DNA from: a virus
Lineage: Duplodnaviria; Caudoviricetes
Direction: 5' to 3' (one strand)
IMG/VR virus record: IMGVR_UViG_3300021197_001137
Span: 1 to 61,953 of that record
DNA: 61,953 bases
Positions 36,095 to 45,325 of the stretch are shown piece after piece (the first letter of the stretch is position 1; each line of letters opens with the position of its first letter). The notes under the pieces were generated by a model. The model was not told where the DNA came from, did no database searches, and saw only the letters and a list, made by a program, of their open reading frames with translations. The translations under genes were made by a program, and so were the position numbers.

Positions 36095-37052
36095 ATCAAA
36101 AAAGAGCGGGTATAGTTGCCAACCGGTTACCGCTAAAATAAAACAAACTACTAAAGGCGGAATGAAGGTTGAGCAACCATTAATAGGTCAGTATGCTCCA
36201 GTTCAAATGAATAGCCCTGCTAAAAACATTATAGTTAGAGGAGCAGGACAGTTAATTAAACAAGGAGCTAAAAAAGCATTACCTGCTATTAGAAAAGGAG
36301 GAGCCGAAGCTTTAAAGAAAGGTAAAAACCTACTAGGAAAAACAGGAGGAGCAAAGGAATTTGTGCCTAAGAAAAGTTTAAAGCAAAGAGCAGGTAGATT
36401 TATTAAAAACGCAATAACTGGTGGTATAGGATATGCTGCTATAGACGCTATATTTGGCGGTAGTAGTGACGGTGCGACTGGCGCTTTATTTGACAAAGTA
36501 GACAAGTCAGCTGAAACGAAGCCTACGGTTACGCCAAAGCCAGGAACAACTACCAAAAAGAAGCCTTATGTTAAGCCAGGAGGTAAAGCTACGGGCAGCA
36601 TGAAAGACTACAAAATAGGTAGTAAAGAAAGATACGACGAATACGAAGCTAGAGGATGGGCTCATGATGACACAACTAAAGGTTATAAGCCTAAAAAGAA
36701 AGAAGCTAAAGTGTCTACAATAAAACCAAAAGGTATTGAAACATCTGCAAAACAACCTAAGGTAAGTATAGAAACCAAATCTCCATCCATTCCAGAAACG
36801 TCTAAGCCAAGTAAAAAAGATCTTTACACTGCAAAGAAAAAAGGTAAAGCAGGAGCAAGAAAAACAGCAAAAGCAGCAGATAAAGAGGCACAAGCTAAAA
36901 AAGCTTTAGCAGAAGGCAATACAAAAAAAGCCGCTAGAAAACAAAGATCAGCAGACAGAAAGAAATCAAAAGCTAAAAAGAAGTTTTCACAAGCAGCACA
37001 AGCTATTGAGGTGAAATCACCAGCTATGAAAAAAGGGTCTAAAAAATACTAA
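36087..37052 (+). CDS. Highly Lys/Ala-rich, histone-like protein
   Basis: ORF track; very basic C-terminus; PVTAK near the N-terminus. Confidence 0.7.
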   Translation: MAESKKSGYSCQPVTAKIKQTTKGGMKVEQPLIGQYAPVQMNSPAKNIIVRGAGQLIKQGAKKALPAIRKGGAEALKKGKNLLGKTGGAKEFVPKKSLKQRAGRFIKNAITGGIGYAAIDAIFGGSSDGATGALFDKVDKSAETKPTVTPKPGTTTKKKPYVKPGGKATGSMKDYKIGSKERYDEYEARGWAHDDTTKGYKPKKKEAKVSTIKPKGIETSAKQPKVSIETKSPSIPETSKPSKKDLYTAKKKGKAGARKTAKAADKEAQAKKALAEGNTKKAARKQRSADRKKSKAKKKFSQAAQAIEVKSPAMKKGSKKY

Positions 37053-37057
37053 TCACA

Positions 37058-37744
37058 ATGAAAGCATCTCCGATAACATCAAAGATAAAAAGAGCAGAGA
37101 CTGCCCCTGTAAAAATGGACGGCAAAACCTCTGAAAACAAAGCCACTGAGGGGTCAGGGATGCAATCAGATAAACCAGAAGAAAAAAGCTGGGGTAATGT
37201 GATAGGACACGGAATTTTAGATGTAGTAGGATTAGTTCCAGTTGTCGGCGAATTAGCTGATGGTGCTAATGCTGCGTGGTATGCCTCAGAAGGTGACTAT
37301 ACTAATGCAGCTTTATCAGCAGCCGCGATGGTGCCATTTGCAGGTTGGGGCGCAACAGGAGCTAAGCTCGGAATGAAGGGTTATAAAAGTTTATCTAAAA
37401 CGGCTAAAGTTGTTGACAAAGTAGCCAACACTAAAGTGGGTAAATTTACAGGCCTAAATAAACCGACAAAAGCAGCTAAATTTTACGGGCCAGGCAGATA
37501 TGAAGCGAAACCTTCTTCAACACAATCTAGCCCAGATCCAAGCCCTAAAGCAAACAAAAGTCTTGGATCAAACAGAGTGTCTCAAGGTGCTTCGTCTTGG
37601 AAAAAAGCAGTAGCCAACAACAAGTCAGGTACATCTTTAACTAATTTAATAAAACAACGTAATAACGCGAAAAAAGGCTCTGCAGAATATGCAAAGGCAC
37701 AAAACGCTATAAACAAGGCTTACGGGGTTAAAAAACGTTATTAG
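37058..37744 (+). CDS. Protein with pre-toxin TG (PT-TG)-like domain
   Basis: HGILDVVGLVPVVGELADGANAAWYASEGDYTNAALSAAAMVPFAG. Confidence 0.7.
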   Translation: MKASPITSKIKRAETAPVKMDGKTSENKATEGSGMQSDKPEEKSWGNVIGHGILDVVGLVPVVGELADGANAAWYASEGDYTNAALSAAAMVPFAGWGATGAKLGMKGYKSLSKTAKVVDKVANTKVGKFTGLNKPTKAAKFYGPGRYEAKPSSTQSSPDPSPKANKSLGSNRVSQGASSWKKAVANNKSGTSLTNLIKQRNNAKKGSAEYAKAQNAINKAYGVKKRY

Positions 37745-37745
37745 C

Positions 37746-38147
37746 ATGAAAAAAATATGGGAATGGCTAACTGGTAATGTTATAAAAGAAGTTGGTGATG
37801 TTATTGATAAACTTACAACCACTAAAGAGGAAAAGCTAAATGCTCAGCGTTTGATAACCGAAATACTTGAAAAAGCGGACAAAGAAGCTCAGGAGCAAGT
37901 AACGGCAAGATGGGAATCAGATATGAAGTCCGACTCTTTTTTGTCTAAAAATATACGCCCTATGGTACTTATATATTTAACCGTTATATTTACTGTCTGT
38001 GCTTTTTTTGATGGCAATGTTGGAGAATTTGCGATAGCAGAAGAATATATACCTATATTTCAAACACTGCTAGTTACAGTGTACGGGGCTTATTTTGTAG
38101 GTCGTTCTTGGGAAAAAGCTAAATCAATTACCTCTAAAAATACGTAA
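37746..38147 (+). CDS. Holin-like membrane protein (GTA/3TM holin-like)
   Basis: DVIDKLTTTKEEK..RWESDM.SD..LSKNIRP, two TM helices, YFVGRSWEK. Confidence 0.65.
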   Translation: MKKIWEWLTGNVIKEVGDVIDKLTTTKEEKLNAQRLITEILEKADKEAQEQVTARWESDMKSDSFLSKNIRPMVLIYLTVIFTVCAFFDGNVGEFAIAEEYIPIFQTLLVTVYGAYFVGRSWEKAKSITSKNT

Positions 38148-38183
38148 TAAATAAAATAAGTATTAACAATTAAATTAAATAAA

Positions 38184-38426
38184 ATGGCAAAAAAATTAAA
38201 AAAAGAAGATTTAACAAATCTACAAGTAGCAGTAAACAAAGTTAACCAAATACAATTACAAGTAGGCGGACTAGAATTACAGAAACACGAGCTAATGCAC
38301 ACTATAGCAAAAGCTCAGACGGAATTAGCTGATGTTCAAAACGATTTAAAAGAAAAGTACGGAGACATTAGTGTTGATATTAATACTGGTGAAATAGCAG
38401 AGAATGGGGCTGATAAGAAAAATTAG
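38184..38426 (+). CDS. Coiled-coil hypothetical protein
   Basis: ORF track; LKEKYGDISVDINTGEI tail. Confidence 0.7.
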   Translation: MAKKLKKEDLTNLQVAVNKVNQIQLQVGGLELQKHELMHTIAKAQTELADVQNDLKEKYGDISVDINTGEIAENGADKKN

Positions 38427-38622
38427 TATTGGAAGAGATTATAAGAATGATGCCATGCACTACTCTGTTGGACAGGAAGTGTATGGTAATCATGTTATAG
38501 ATAGTATAGTAGAAGAAGACGAAAAGTATTCTATATATATAACAAAAGCAAAAGAAGTTATTCCGTGGAAAGACTTCAACAAAAATATGGCTATCGCGGT
38601 TGAATATAATTTACATTATTAA
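38404..38622 (+). CDS. Hypothetical protein
   Basis: ORF track; IRKISIGRDYK..AMHYSVGQ. Confidence 0.7.
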   Translation: MGLIRKISIGRDYKNDAMHYSVGQEVYGNHVIDSIVEEDEKYSIYITKAKEVIPWKDFNKNMAIAVEYNLHY

Positions 38623-39222
38623 ATGAAAGGTATGTTCGATTTTATAATTGAACCCAAAGAATCTCGATATAATAATCTTAAAAATATAGGTGACAGTAGT
38701 TTAATATTAAATACTGAATTACAGAATCATCAATACGTTAGTCGAGAGGGGGTTGTTATAGCTGAGCCATCCGTTAACACAACAGGAGTAAAGAAAGGGG
38801 ACACCGTAGTTGTGCACCATAATGTTTTTAGAAGATATAGGGACATTAGGGGTAAAGAGAAAAACGGTAAATGTTATTATAAAGATAACATGTATATTGT
38901 TTCCCCTGATCTTATATTTGGCAAAATTAAAGAAAATAAAATATATCCTTTAACTGGCTTTAATTTTATTAAGCCGATTAAAGAAGATAAAATGTTTTCA
39001 ATTGACTTTGAAAAACCTTTAATAGGTATACTAAAATACAAAGATAGTAGCTTAAAAGTTATGACCATTGGTGACTTAGTGGGGTTTAGGCCTGGGTCTG
39101 AATACGAGTTTTTCTTAAATAAAGAAAGATTATACAGAGTACCAACCAATTCAATTACAATTAAATATGAATATCAAGGAAACGAAGAAGAATATAATCC
39201 AAGCTGGGCACAAAGCAGTTGA
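38623..39222 (+). CDS. Tandem GroES-like protein
   Basis: Two GroES-like units (FIIEP..GVVIAEP..VKKGDTVVVHH; FIKPI..GILKY..IGDLVGF). Confidence 0.5.
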   Translation: MKGMFDFIIEPKESRYNNLKNIGDSSLILNTELQNHQYVSREGVVIAEPSVNTTGVKKGDTVVVHHNVFRRYRDIRGKEKNGKCYYKDNMYIVSPDLIFGKIKENKIYPLTGFNFIKPIKEDKMFSIDFEKPLIGILKYKDSSLKVMTIGDLVGFRPGSEYEFFLNKERLYRVPTNSITIKYEYQGNEEEYNPSWAQSS

Positions 39223-39442
39223 AGAATTAATAAAGGTAGCCAAGGAAGCTATAGTTGATTCAGATGATGACATATCAGCTGACAGATTAAAGAACGCGGC
39301 TGCTACAAAAAAATTAGCCATATTCGATGCTTTTGAGATACTCACACGTATACAGGAAGAAGAAGCTATTCTTGAAAATAAACCTAAAGAAGAAGATAAA
39401 AAGAAAACTTTTTCGGGGTTTGCAGAAAGACGTAGTAAATAA
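39167..39442 (+). CDS. Putative terminase small subunit
   Basis: Helical protein translationally coupled to the large terminase. Confidence 0.5.
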   Translation: MNIKETKKNIIQAGHKAVEELIKVAKEAIVDSDDDISADRLKNAAATKKLAIFDAFEILTRIQEEEAILENKPKEEDKKKTFSGFAERRSK

Positions 39443-41655
39443 TGTACGAGCAAACTTTATATAAGATAATAACCCCCATTAAAAAAAACACGCTAACTAG
39501 ATTAAATAAAGCAAAAAAATGGAGGTATGGCTACAACAAAGAACACGATGTTGTTGTAATAAGCAAGACTGGACAAATAGGCGATATATATAATATACAA
39601 AATTTAAAAATAGCGTTGCCTAAGGAACCGGCTAAAATAGATAAGTCACAAGATAAATGGACAGCAGAAGAATATCCTAAAGAACTAAAACAAATACAAA
39701 GCGTTTTTGATTGGCGAGATTATCCTGATGACTTCAAAGAAAAATGGGAACCATATATAGATGAACAATTTAAACGCAGAGAAGAAGGCCATTGGTTCAA
39801 TAATAAGAATGTGGCTACTTACATTACTGGTACTCACTTTATGTACCTGCAGCACTCCAAAATTGATGTTGGGAAGCCAGACTTTAGGGAAGCAAACAGA
39901 TTATTCTTTATATTCTGGGAGGCTTGCAAAGCAGACTCACGATCTTACGGAATGTGCTATCTTAAAAACCGTCGTTCAGGATTTTCATTTATGTCTTCAG
40001 CAGAGACCGTTAATTTGGCGACAATTACTTCAGATGCACGGTACGGTATCTTGTCTAAGTCTGGAGCCGATGCTAAGAAAATGTTCACAGATAAGGTCGT
40101 CCCTATATCTGTCAACTACCCGTTCTTTTTCAAACCCATCCAGGACGGTATGGACAGGCCCAAAACCGAACTTGCCTATAGAATACCCGCCAGTAGACTC
40201 ACTAGAAAATCCATACAAAATAAACAAGATCAGGAATTATTGGAGGGGCTCGACACCACGATCGACTGGAAGAACACAGGTGATAACTCCTACGACGGCG
40301 AGAAGCTTAAACTCCTCGTCCACGATGAATCGGGTAAATGGGAAAGGCCCGACAACATCCTCAACAACTGGAGGGTTACGAAAACAACGTTAAGATTAGG
40401 AGCTAGAATTATTGGTAAGTGTATGATGGGATCAACATCAAACGCTTTAGATAAGGGTGGCGAAAACTTTAAAAAACTATATAATGATTCTGATGTTTCC
40501 AAAAGAAATAGAAATGGACAAACAAAGTCAGGACTCTATTCTTTGTTCATTCCTATGGAGTGGAATTACGAAGGATTCATTGACTCTTTTGGGATGCCTG
40601 TCTTCAACACCCCATCAGAACATCGCGAGGACCCTCATGGAGACGTTATTGACGTCGGAGTAATAGAACATTGGAATAACGAAGCAGAAGGATTAAAAGG
40701 CGACCAAGACGCTTTAAACGAGTTTTACAGGCAGTTTCCACGTACAGAGGAGCACGCTTTTAGAGATGAAACGAAAAACAGCATATTTAACTTAGTAAAA
40801 ATATACGAACAAATAGATTATAATGAAGATTTGCGTAATACCTCTGTTATAACCACCGGTAGTTTTTCTTGGCAAAACGGTATAAAAGATAGTAGGGTTA
40901 AATTTACGCCGAATCCAAACGGTAGGTTTAAAGTGAGCTGGATTCCATCAGATAGCGTTCAAAATAATCAGATTGTAAAGAACGGAAGAAAATTTCCTGG
41001 AAATGAGCACATAGGTGCTTTTGGTTGTGATAGTTACGATATATCAGGCACAACAGACGGTAGAGGATCTAAAGGAGCTTTGCATGGTTTAACTAAGTTT
41101 AGTTTAGAGGATCATCCGCCGAATGCATTTTTTTTAGAATATGTAGCTAGGCCTCAAACTGCGGAGATGTTTTTTGAGGATGTGCTGATGGCATGTGTAT
41201 TTTACGGAATGCCTTTGCTTTGCGAAAACAATAAACCTAGATTACTTTATTATTTAAAAAGAAGAGGCTATAGAGGCTATTCAATGAATAGACCTGATAA
41301 AATATGGAATAAATTATCTGTAGCGGAAAAAGAAATTGGTGGTATACCAAATTCAAGCGAGGACATTAAACAAGCGCACGCCGCTGCTATTGAGTCTTAT
41401 ATAGATCAATATGTAGGCGTAAAATCAGACGGGCAATACGGTAATATGTATTTTAATGATACGTTGAACGATTGGGCTAAGTTTGATATAAACAAAAGAA
41501 CAAAATTTGATGCAGCTATAAGTTCAGGGTTAGCCATAATGGCTTGTAATAAAAATTTATATAAACCTGTTCCTCAAATGCAAAAAAGAAAGTTAAATTT
41601 AAAAATAGCTAAATACACCAACAGCGGTGCATTTTCGAAATTAATAGAAAAATAA
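39442..41655 (+). CDS. terL: Terminase large subunit
   Basis: Variant Walker A LKNRRSGFS; Walker B LLVHDESGKW; MGSTSN coupling motif; nuclease FGCDSYD; followed by portal. Confidence 0.88.
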   Translation: MYEQTLYKIITPIKKNTLTRLNKAKKWRYGYNKEHDVVVISKTGQIGDIYNIQNLKIALPKEPAKIDKSQDKWTAEEYPKELKQIQSVFDWRDYPDDFKEKWEPYIDEQFKRREEGHWFNNKNVATYITGTHFMYLQHSKIDVGKPDFREANRLFFIFWEACKADSRSYGMCYLKNRRSGFSFMSSAETVNLATITSDARYGILSKSGADAKKMFTDKVVPISVNYPFFFKPIQDGMDRPKTELAYRIPASRLTRKSIQNKQDQELLEGLDTTIDWKNTGDNSYDGEKLKLLVHDESGKWERPDNILNNWRVTKTTLRLGARIIGKCMMGSTSNALDKGGENFKKLYNDSDVSKRNRNGQTKSGLYSLFIPMEWNYEGFIDSFGMPVFNTPSEHREDPHGDVIDVGVIEHWNNEAEGLKGDQDALNEFYRQFPRTEEHAFRDETKNSIFNLVKIYEQIDYNEDLRNTSVITTGSFSWQNGIKDSRVKFTPNPNGRFKVSWIPSDSVQNNQIVKNGRKFPGNEHIGAFGCDSYDISGTTDGRGSKGALHGLTKFSLEDHPPNAFFLEYVARPQTAEMFFEDVLMACVFYGMPLLCENNKPRLLYYLKRRGYRGYSMNRPDKIWNKLSVAEKEIGGIPNSSEDIKQAHAAAIESYIDQYVGVKSDGQYGNMYFNDTLNDWAKFDINKRTKFDAAISSGLAIMACNKNLYKPVPQMQKRKLNLKIAKYTNSGAFSKLIEK

Positions 41656-41659
41656 ATAT

Positions 41660-44086
41660 ATGGCTGAGTCAGTTGTAAAATCTTATTTTCCGAGTCAAAT
41701 AGCGAGCGATGAAGAAAAAATGTCATTAGAATATGGCAAGAAAATCGGGCGTGCTATCGAAAGCGAGTGGTTCTCTTCGGATAACGGTATTGGTAGATTT
41801 AGAAGCAATCAAAATACATTTCATAATTTAAGATTGTATGCAAGAGGGGAACAAGGTGTTCAAAAATATAAAGATGAGTTATCTATAAACGGAGACCTAT
41901 CTTATTTAAACTTAGATTGGAAACCAGTTCCTGTGATTCCAAAGTTTGTAGATATAGTTGTAAACGGAATATCTGAAAGAACATTTGATGTTAAAGCATA
42001 TTCGCAAGATCCTTTTGGAGTAGAAAAACGTACTAAGTACATGGAGTCTCTTATTAGAGACATGGAAACTAAAGACTTAAACGAATTCGTAAGAAAGGAA
42101 TTTGGTGTAAATCTTTTTGAGAATGCGCCAGAGGTTGTGCCTAAAAATCAAGAAGAGTTAGAGGTACATATGCAACTTACATATAAGCAGCAGGTTGAAA
42201 TAGCAGAAGAGCAAGCTATCAATGTATTACTTGAAGGAAACAAATATGATTTAACTAAGCGCAGATGTAATTACGATCTTACTACAATAGGCATTGCCTC
42301 AGTTAAAAATACATTTAGTAAATCAGAAGGCGTAGTAATAGACTACGTTGATCCTGTAAATTTAGTTTGGTCATATACTGATTCACCTTATTTTGATGAT
42401 ATTTATTATGTGGGTGAAGTTAAAAGTGTACATATAAATGAACTTAAAAAGCAATTTCCTTATTTAACAAATGAAGATTTAGGACAGTTATCGCAACAAT
42501 CATATAAGGCTAATGGGTTTTATGATAGAACGTTGACAAATGATAATGAGGATGACGCTAATACCGTGCAAGTTTTATACTTTAATTATAAAACATATAC
42601 TAATGAAGTATATAAAGTAAAGGAGTTAGCAACAGGAGCATCTAAAATTATACCCAAAGATGATCAGTTTAACCCCCCTGAAAAAATAATGCAAGAGCAT
42701 AAGATTGAAAAAATATCTCAATCCTTAGAAGTATTATATGAGGGCGTTAAAGTTTTGGGTGGTAGAATGCTTAAATGGGAGTTGGCAACTAATATGATTC
42801 GTCCTAAAAGCGATTATACTAAAGTAAAAATGAACTATAGTATTGTTGCCCCTAGAATGTATAAAGGGCGTATTGAGAGTTTAGTTAGTAGAATAACTGG
42901 CTTTGCAGATATGATTCAGCTTACTCATTTAAAATTACAGCAAGTAATGTCAAGAATGGTACCCGATGGGGTTTATCTTGATGCTGACGGGCTAGCTGAA
43001 ATTGATTTAGGTAACGGTACAAACTATAATCCGCAAGAAGCTTTAAACATGTTTTTCCAAACGGGATCAGTAATTGGTAGATCATTTACCCAAGAAGGTG
43101 ATATGAATCCAGGCAAGGTTCCTATACAAGAAATACAATCTGGATCTGGAGGAGCAAAGTTGCAAAGTTTAATAGGTACTTACAATTATTATTTACAGAT
43201 GATAAGAGATGTTACCGGGTTAAATGAAGCTAGAGACGGCAGTACTCCCGACAGCAGAGCGCTAGTAGGTGTACAAAAAATGGCAGCTGCGAATAGTAAT
43301 ACGGCAACTAGACATATATTAAACGGAGGTTTGTTTTTAACAGCGGATCTTTGTGAAGGTCTTTCTTTAAGGATTTCAGATATAATAGAGTATTCTCCAA
43401 CAAGAGAGGCTTTTATTCATAAAATAGGAAATCAAAATGTAGCGGTTCTTCAAGAGATGGGGGATTTATATTTATATGATTTTGGTATTTTTATACAGCT
43501 ATCCCCAGATGAAGAAGAAAAGCAAATGCTTGAAAACAATATTCAAGTCGCTGTGCAAGCTGGACTAATTGATCTATCTGACGCTATAGATTTAAGAGAG
43601 ATTAAAAACCTCAAACTTGCAAATCAATTGCTAAAAATACGCAGAGATCAAAAACAAAAGAAAGATCAAAAGATACAGCAAGAAAATATTCAAGCGCAAG
43701 CGCAGGCTAATGCTCAAGCGCAACAGGTGGCAGCTCAAGCTGAAGTACAGAAGAGCCAAGCTTTAACAGAACAAAAAATAGGCTTAGAGCAAGCAAAAGC
43801 ACAAATAGATACTCAAAAATTAATGCAGGAAGCTGCTCTTAAAAAAGAGCTAATGCAATTAGAGTTTCAAATGAATATGCAACTTAAAGGCTTAGAGGTC
43901 TCTGGAAGAAAGTCTGAGATACAGGAAAAAGAAGATAGAAAAGATGACCGAACAAAAATACAAGCAACACAGCAAAGTGAATTAATAAATCAAAGAAAAA
44001 ACGATTTACCGCCTAAAAATTTCGAATCCAGTGGAAACGATATACTTAGCGGAGATTTCGACTTAGGTTCTTTCGACCCTAAGTAA
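41660..44086 (+). CDS. Portal protein
   Basis: 808 aa after terL; PVIPKFVDIVV, VTGLNEARDGS, Gln-rich coiled-coil barrel. Confidence 0.85.
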   Translation: MAESVVKSYFPSQIASDEEKMSLEYGKKIGRAIESEWFSSDNGIGRFRSNQNTFHNLRLYARGEQGVQKYKDELSINGDLSYLNLDWKPVPVIPKFVDIVVNGISERTFDVKAYSQDPFGVEKRTKYMESLIRDMETKDLNEFVRKEFGVNLFENAPEVVPKNQEELEVHMQLTYKQQVEIAEEQAINVLLEGNKYDLTKRRCNYDLTTIGIASVKNTFSKSEGVVIDYVDPVNLVWSYTDSPYFDDIYYVGEVKSVHINELKKQFPYLTNEDLGQLSQQSYKANGFYDRTLTNDNEDDANTVQVLYFNYKTYTNEVYKVKELATGASKIIPKDDQFNPPEKIMQEHKIEKISQSLEVLYEGVKVLGGRMLKWELATNMIRPKSDYTKVKMNYSIVAPRMYKGRIESLVSRITGFADMIQLTHLKLQQVMSRMVPDGVYLDADGLAEIDLGNGTNYNPQEALNMFFQTGSVIGRSFTQEGDMNPGKVPIQEIQSGSGGAKLQSLIGTYNYYLQMIRDVTGLNEARDGSTPDSRALVGVQKMAAANSNTATRHILNGGLFLTADLCEGLSLRISDIIEYSPTREAFIHKIGNQNVAVLQEMGDLYLYDFGIFIQLSPDEEEKQMLENNIQVAVQAGLIDLSDAIDLREIKNLKLANQLLKIRRDQKQKKDQKIQQENIQAQAQANAQAQQVAAQAEVQKSQALTEQKIGLEQAKAQIDTQKLMQEAALKKELMQLEFQMNMQLKGLEVSGRKSEIQEKEDRKDDRTKIQATQQSELINQRKNDLPPKNFESSGNDILSGDFDLGSFDPK

Positions 44087-44118
44087 TAATAATAGTAATA
44101 ATTATATAATATTTTATC

Positions 44119-45303
44119 ATGTCAGAACAAGTAGAAAACCAAACTGCTACTGAAGAAGTAGTAGAACAAAAACAGGATAGCCCTATGTCTGTTGACGATG
44201 GGGTCATTAAGGTTAATTTATCCGAATTAAACAAGCCACAAGAGGATGCCATTCCAGAACAAGAAGCAAATGCAGGCGATGTTCCTGTCGAGCAACCCGA
44301 AGACAAGGGAAGTAGCGAAGAAGTGGTTGAAGAAATACCACAACAACAAGAGCCCGTTCAAAATGAAGAGCAACCCGTTTTACAAGAAATAACTAACGAA
44401 GAGGTTGAAGAGCAAGTTGAAGAGCTTACTGAGCAGGTTGAACAAGCTATAGTCGAGTCGGACGCTGGTATTGAATTACCAGAAAATATTCAAAAAGTTG
44501 TAGACTTTATGAATGAAACCGGCGGTAGTTTACAGGACTACGTTAAGTTAAATACTAATTATTCAGAACTAAGCGAATCACAATTACTTAGAGAATACTA
44601 CGAAACCACAAGACCTCATCTAGATTCAGAAGAAATAAGCTTTCTAATGGAAGATAACTTTTCCTATGACGAAGAGATAGATGAAGAAAGGATGGTTAGA
44701 AAAAAGAAAATAGCTTACAAAGAAGAATTAGCAAAAGCTAAAAGCCATTTAGATGGTTTAAAAAGTAAGTATTACGAAGAAATAAAAGCAGGATCGAGAT
44801 TAAATCCTGAACAAAAAAAAGCGGTTGAATTTTTTGATCGCTATAAAAAAGAAAACGAAGAAGCAATTAAGGTAGCTGAAGAGCAGGCTTCTACATTTAA
44901 TACTCAAACCAAAAAATTATTTTCAGAGAACTTCAAAGGTTTTGATTTTTCAGTCGGAGATAAAAAATTTAGGTACAATGTTAATGATGTAGAGACTGTA
45001 CGCAATACTCAAAGCGACATTAATAATTTTGTCAAGAAGTTCTTGAATGATAAAAATGAAATGTCAGATGCTGGAGGGTATCACAAGTCTTTATTTACCG
45101 CCATGAACGCTGATAAGATTGCAAATCACTTTTACGAGCAAGGCAAAGCCGATGCTATGAAAGAATCTGTTTCGAAAGCCAAGAACATTGATATGAGTCC
45201 GAGAGGGGCTCATGAAGAAGTCACTGCTCCTAATGGCTGGAAAGTAAGATCTGTATCAGGTGGAAAAACAGCCGCTTCGTTTAAAATTAGAAAACGAAAA
45301 TAA
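44119..45303 (+). CDS. Capsid scaffolding protein
   Basis: Very acidic/coiled-coil; lies between portal and capsid. Confidence 0.7.
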   Translation: MSEQVENQTATEEVVEQKQDSPMSVDDGVIKVNLSELNKPQEDAIPEQEANAGDVPVEQPEDKGSSEEVVEEIPQQQEPVQNEEQPVLQEITNEEVEEQVEELTEQVEQAIVESDAGIELPENIQKVVDFMNETGGSLQDYVKLNTNYSELSESQLLREYYETTRPHLDSEEISFLMEDNFSYDEEIDEERMVRKKKIAYKEELAKAKSHLDGLKSKYYEEIKAGSRLNPEQKKAVEFFDRYKKENEEAIKVAEEQASTFNTQTKKLFSENFKGFDFSVGDKKFRYNVNDVETVRNTQSDINNFVKKFLNDKNEMSDAGGYHKSLFTAMNADKIANHFYEQGKADAMKESVSKAKNIDMSPRGAHEEVTAPNGWKVRSVSGGKTAASFKIRKRK

Positions 45304-45325
45304 TAACCATTAAAAAAATAATAAA

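Noticed and set aside
5944-41655. Introns/inteins in nrdA, nrdB, thyA, helicase or terL, or stop-codon reassignment as in some crAss-like phages
   Set aside because: These genes are uninterrupted and of normal length under the standard code, and coding density is high.
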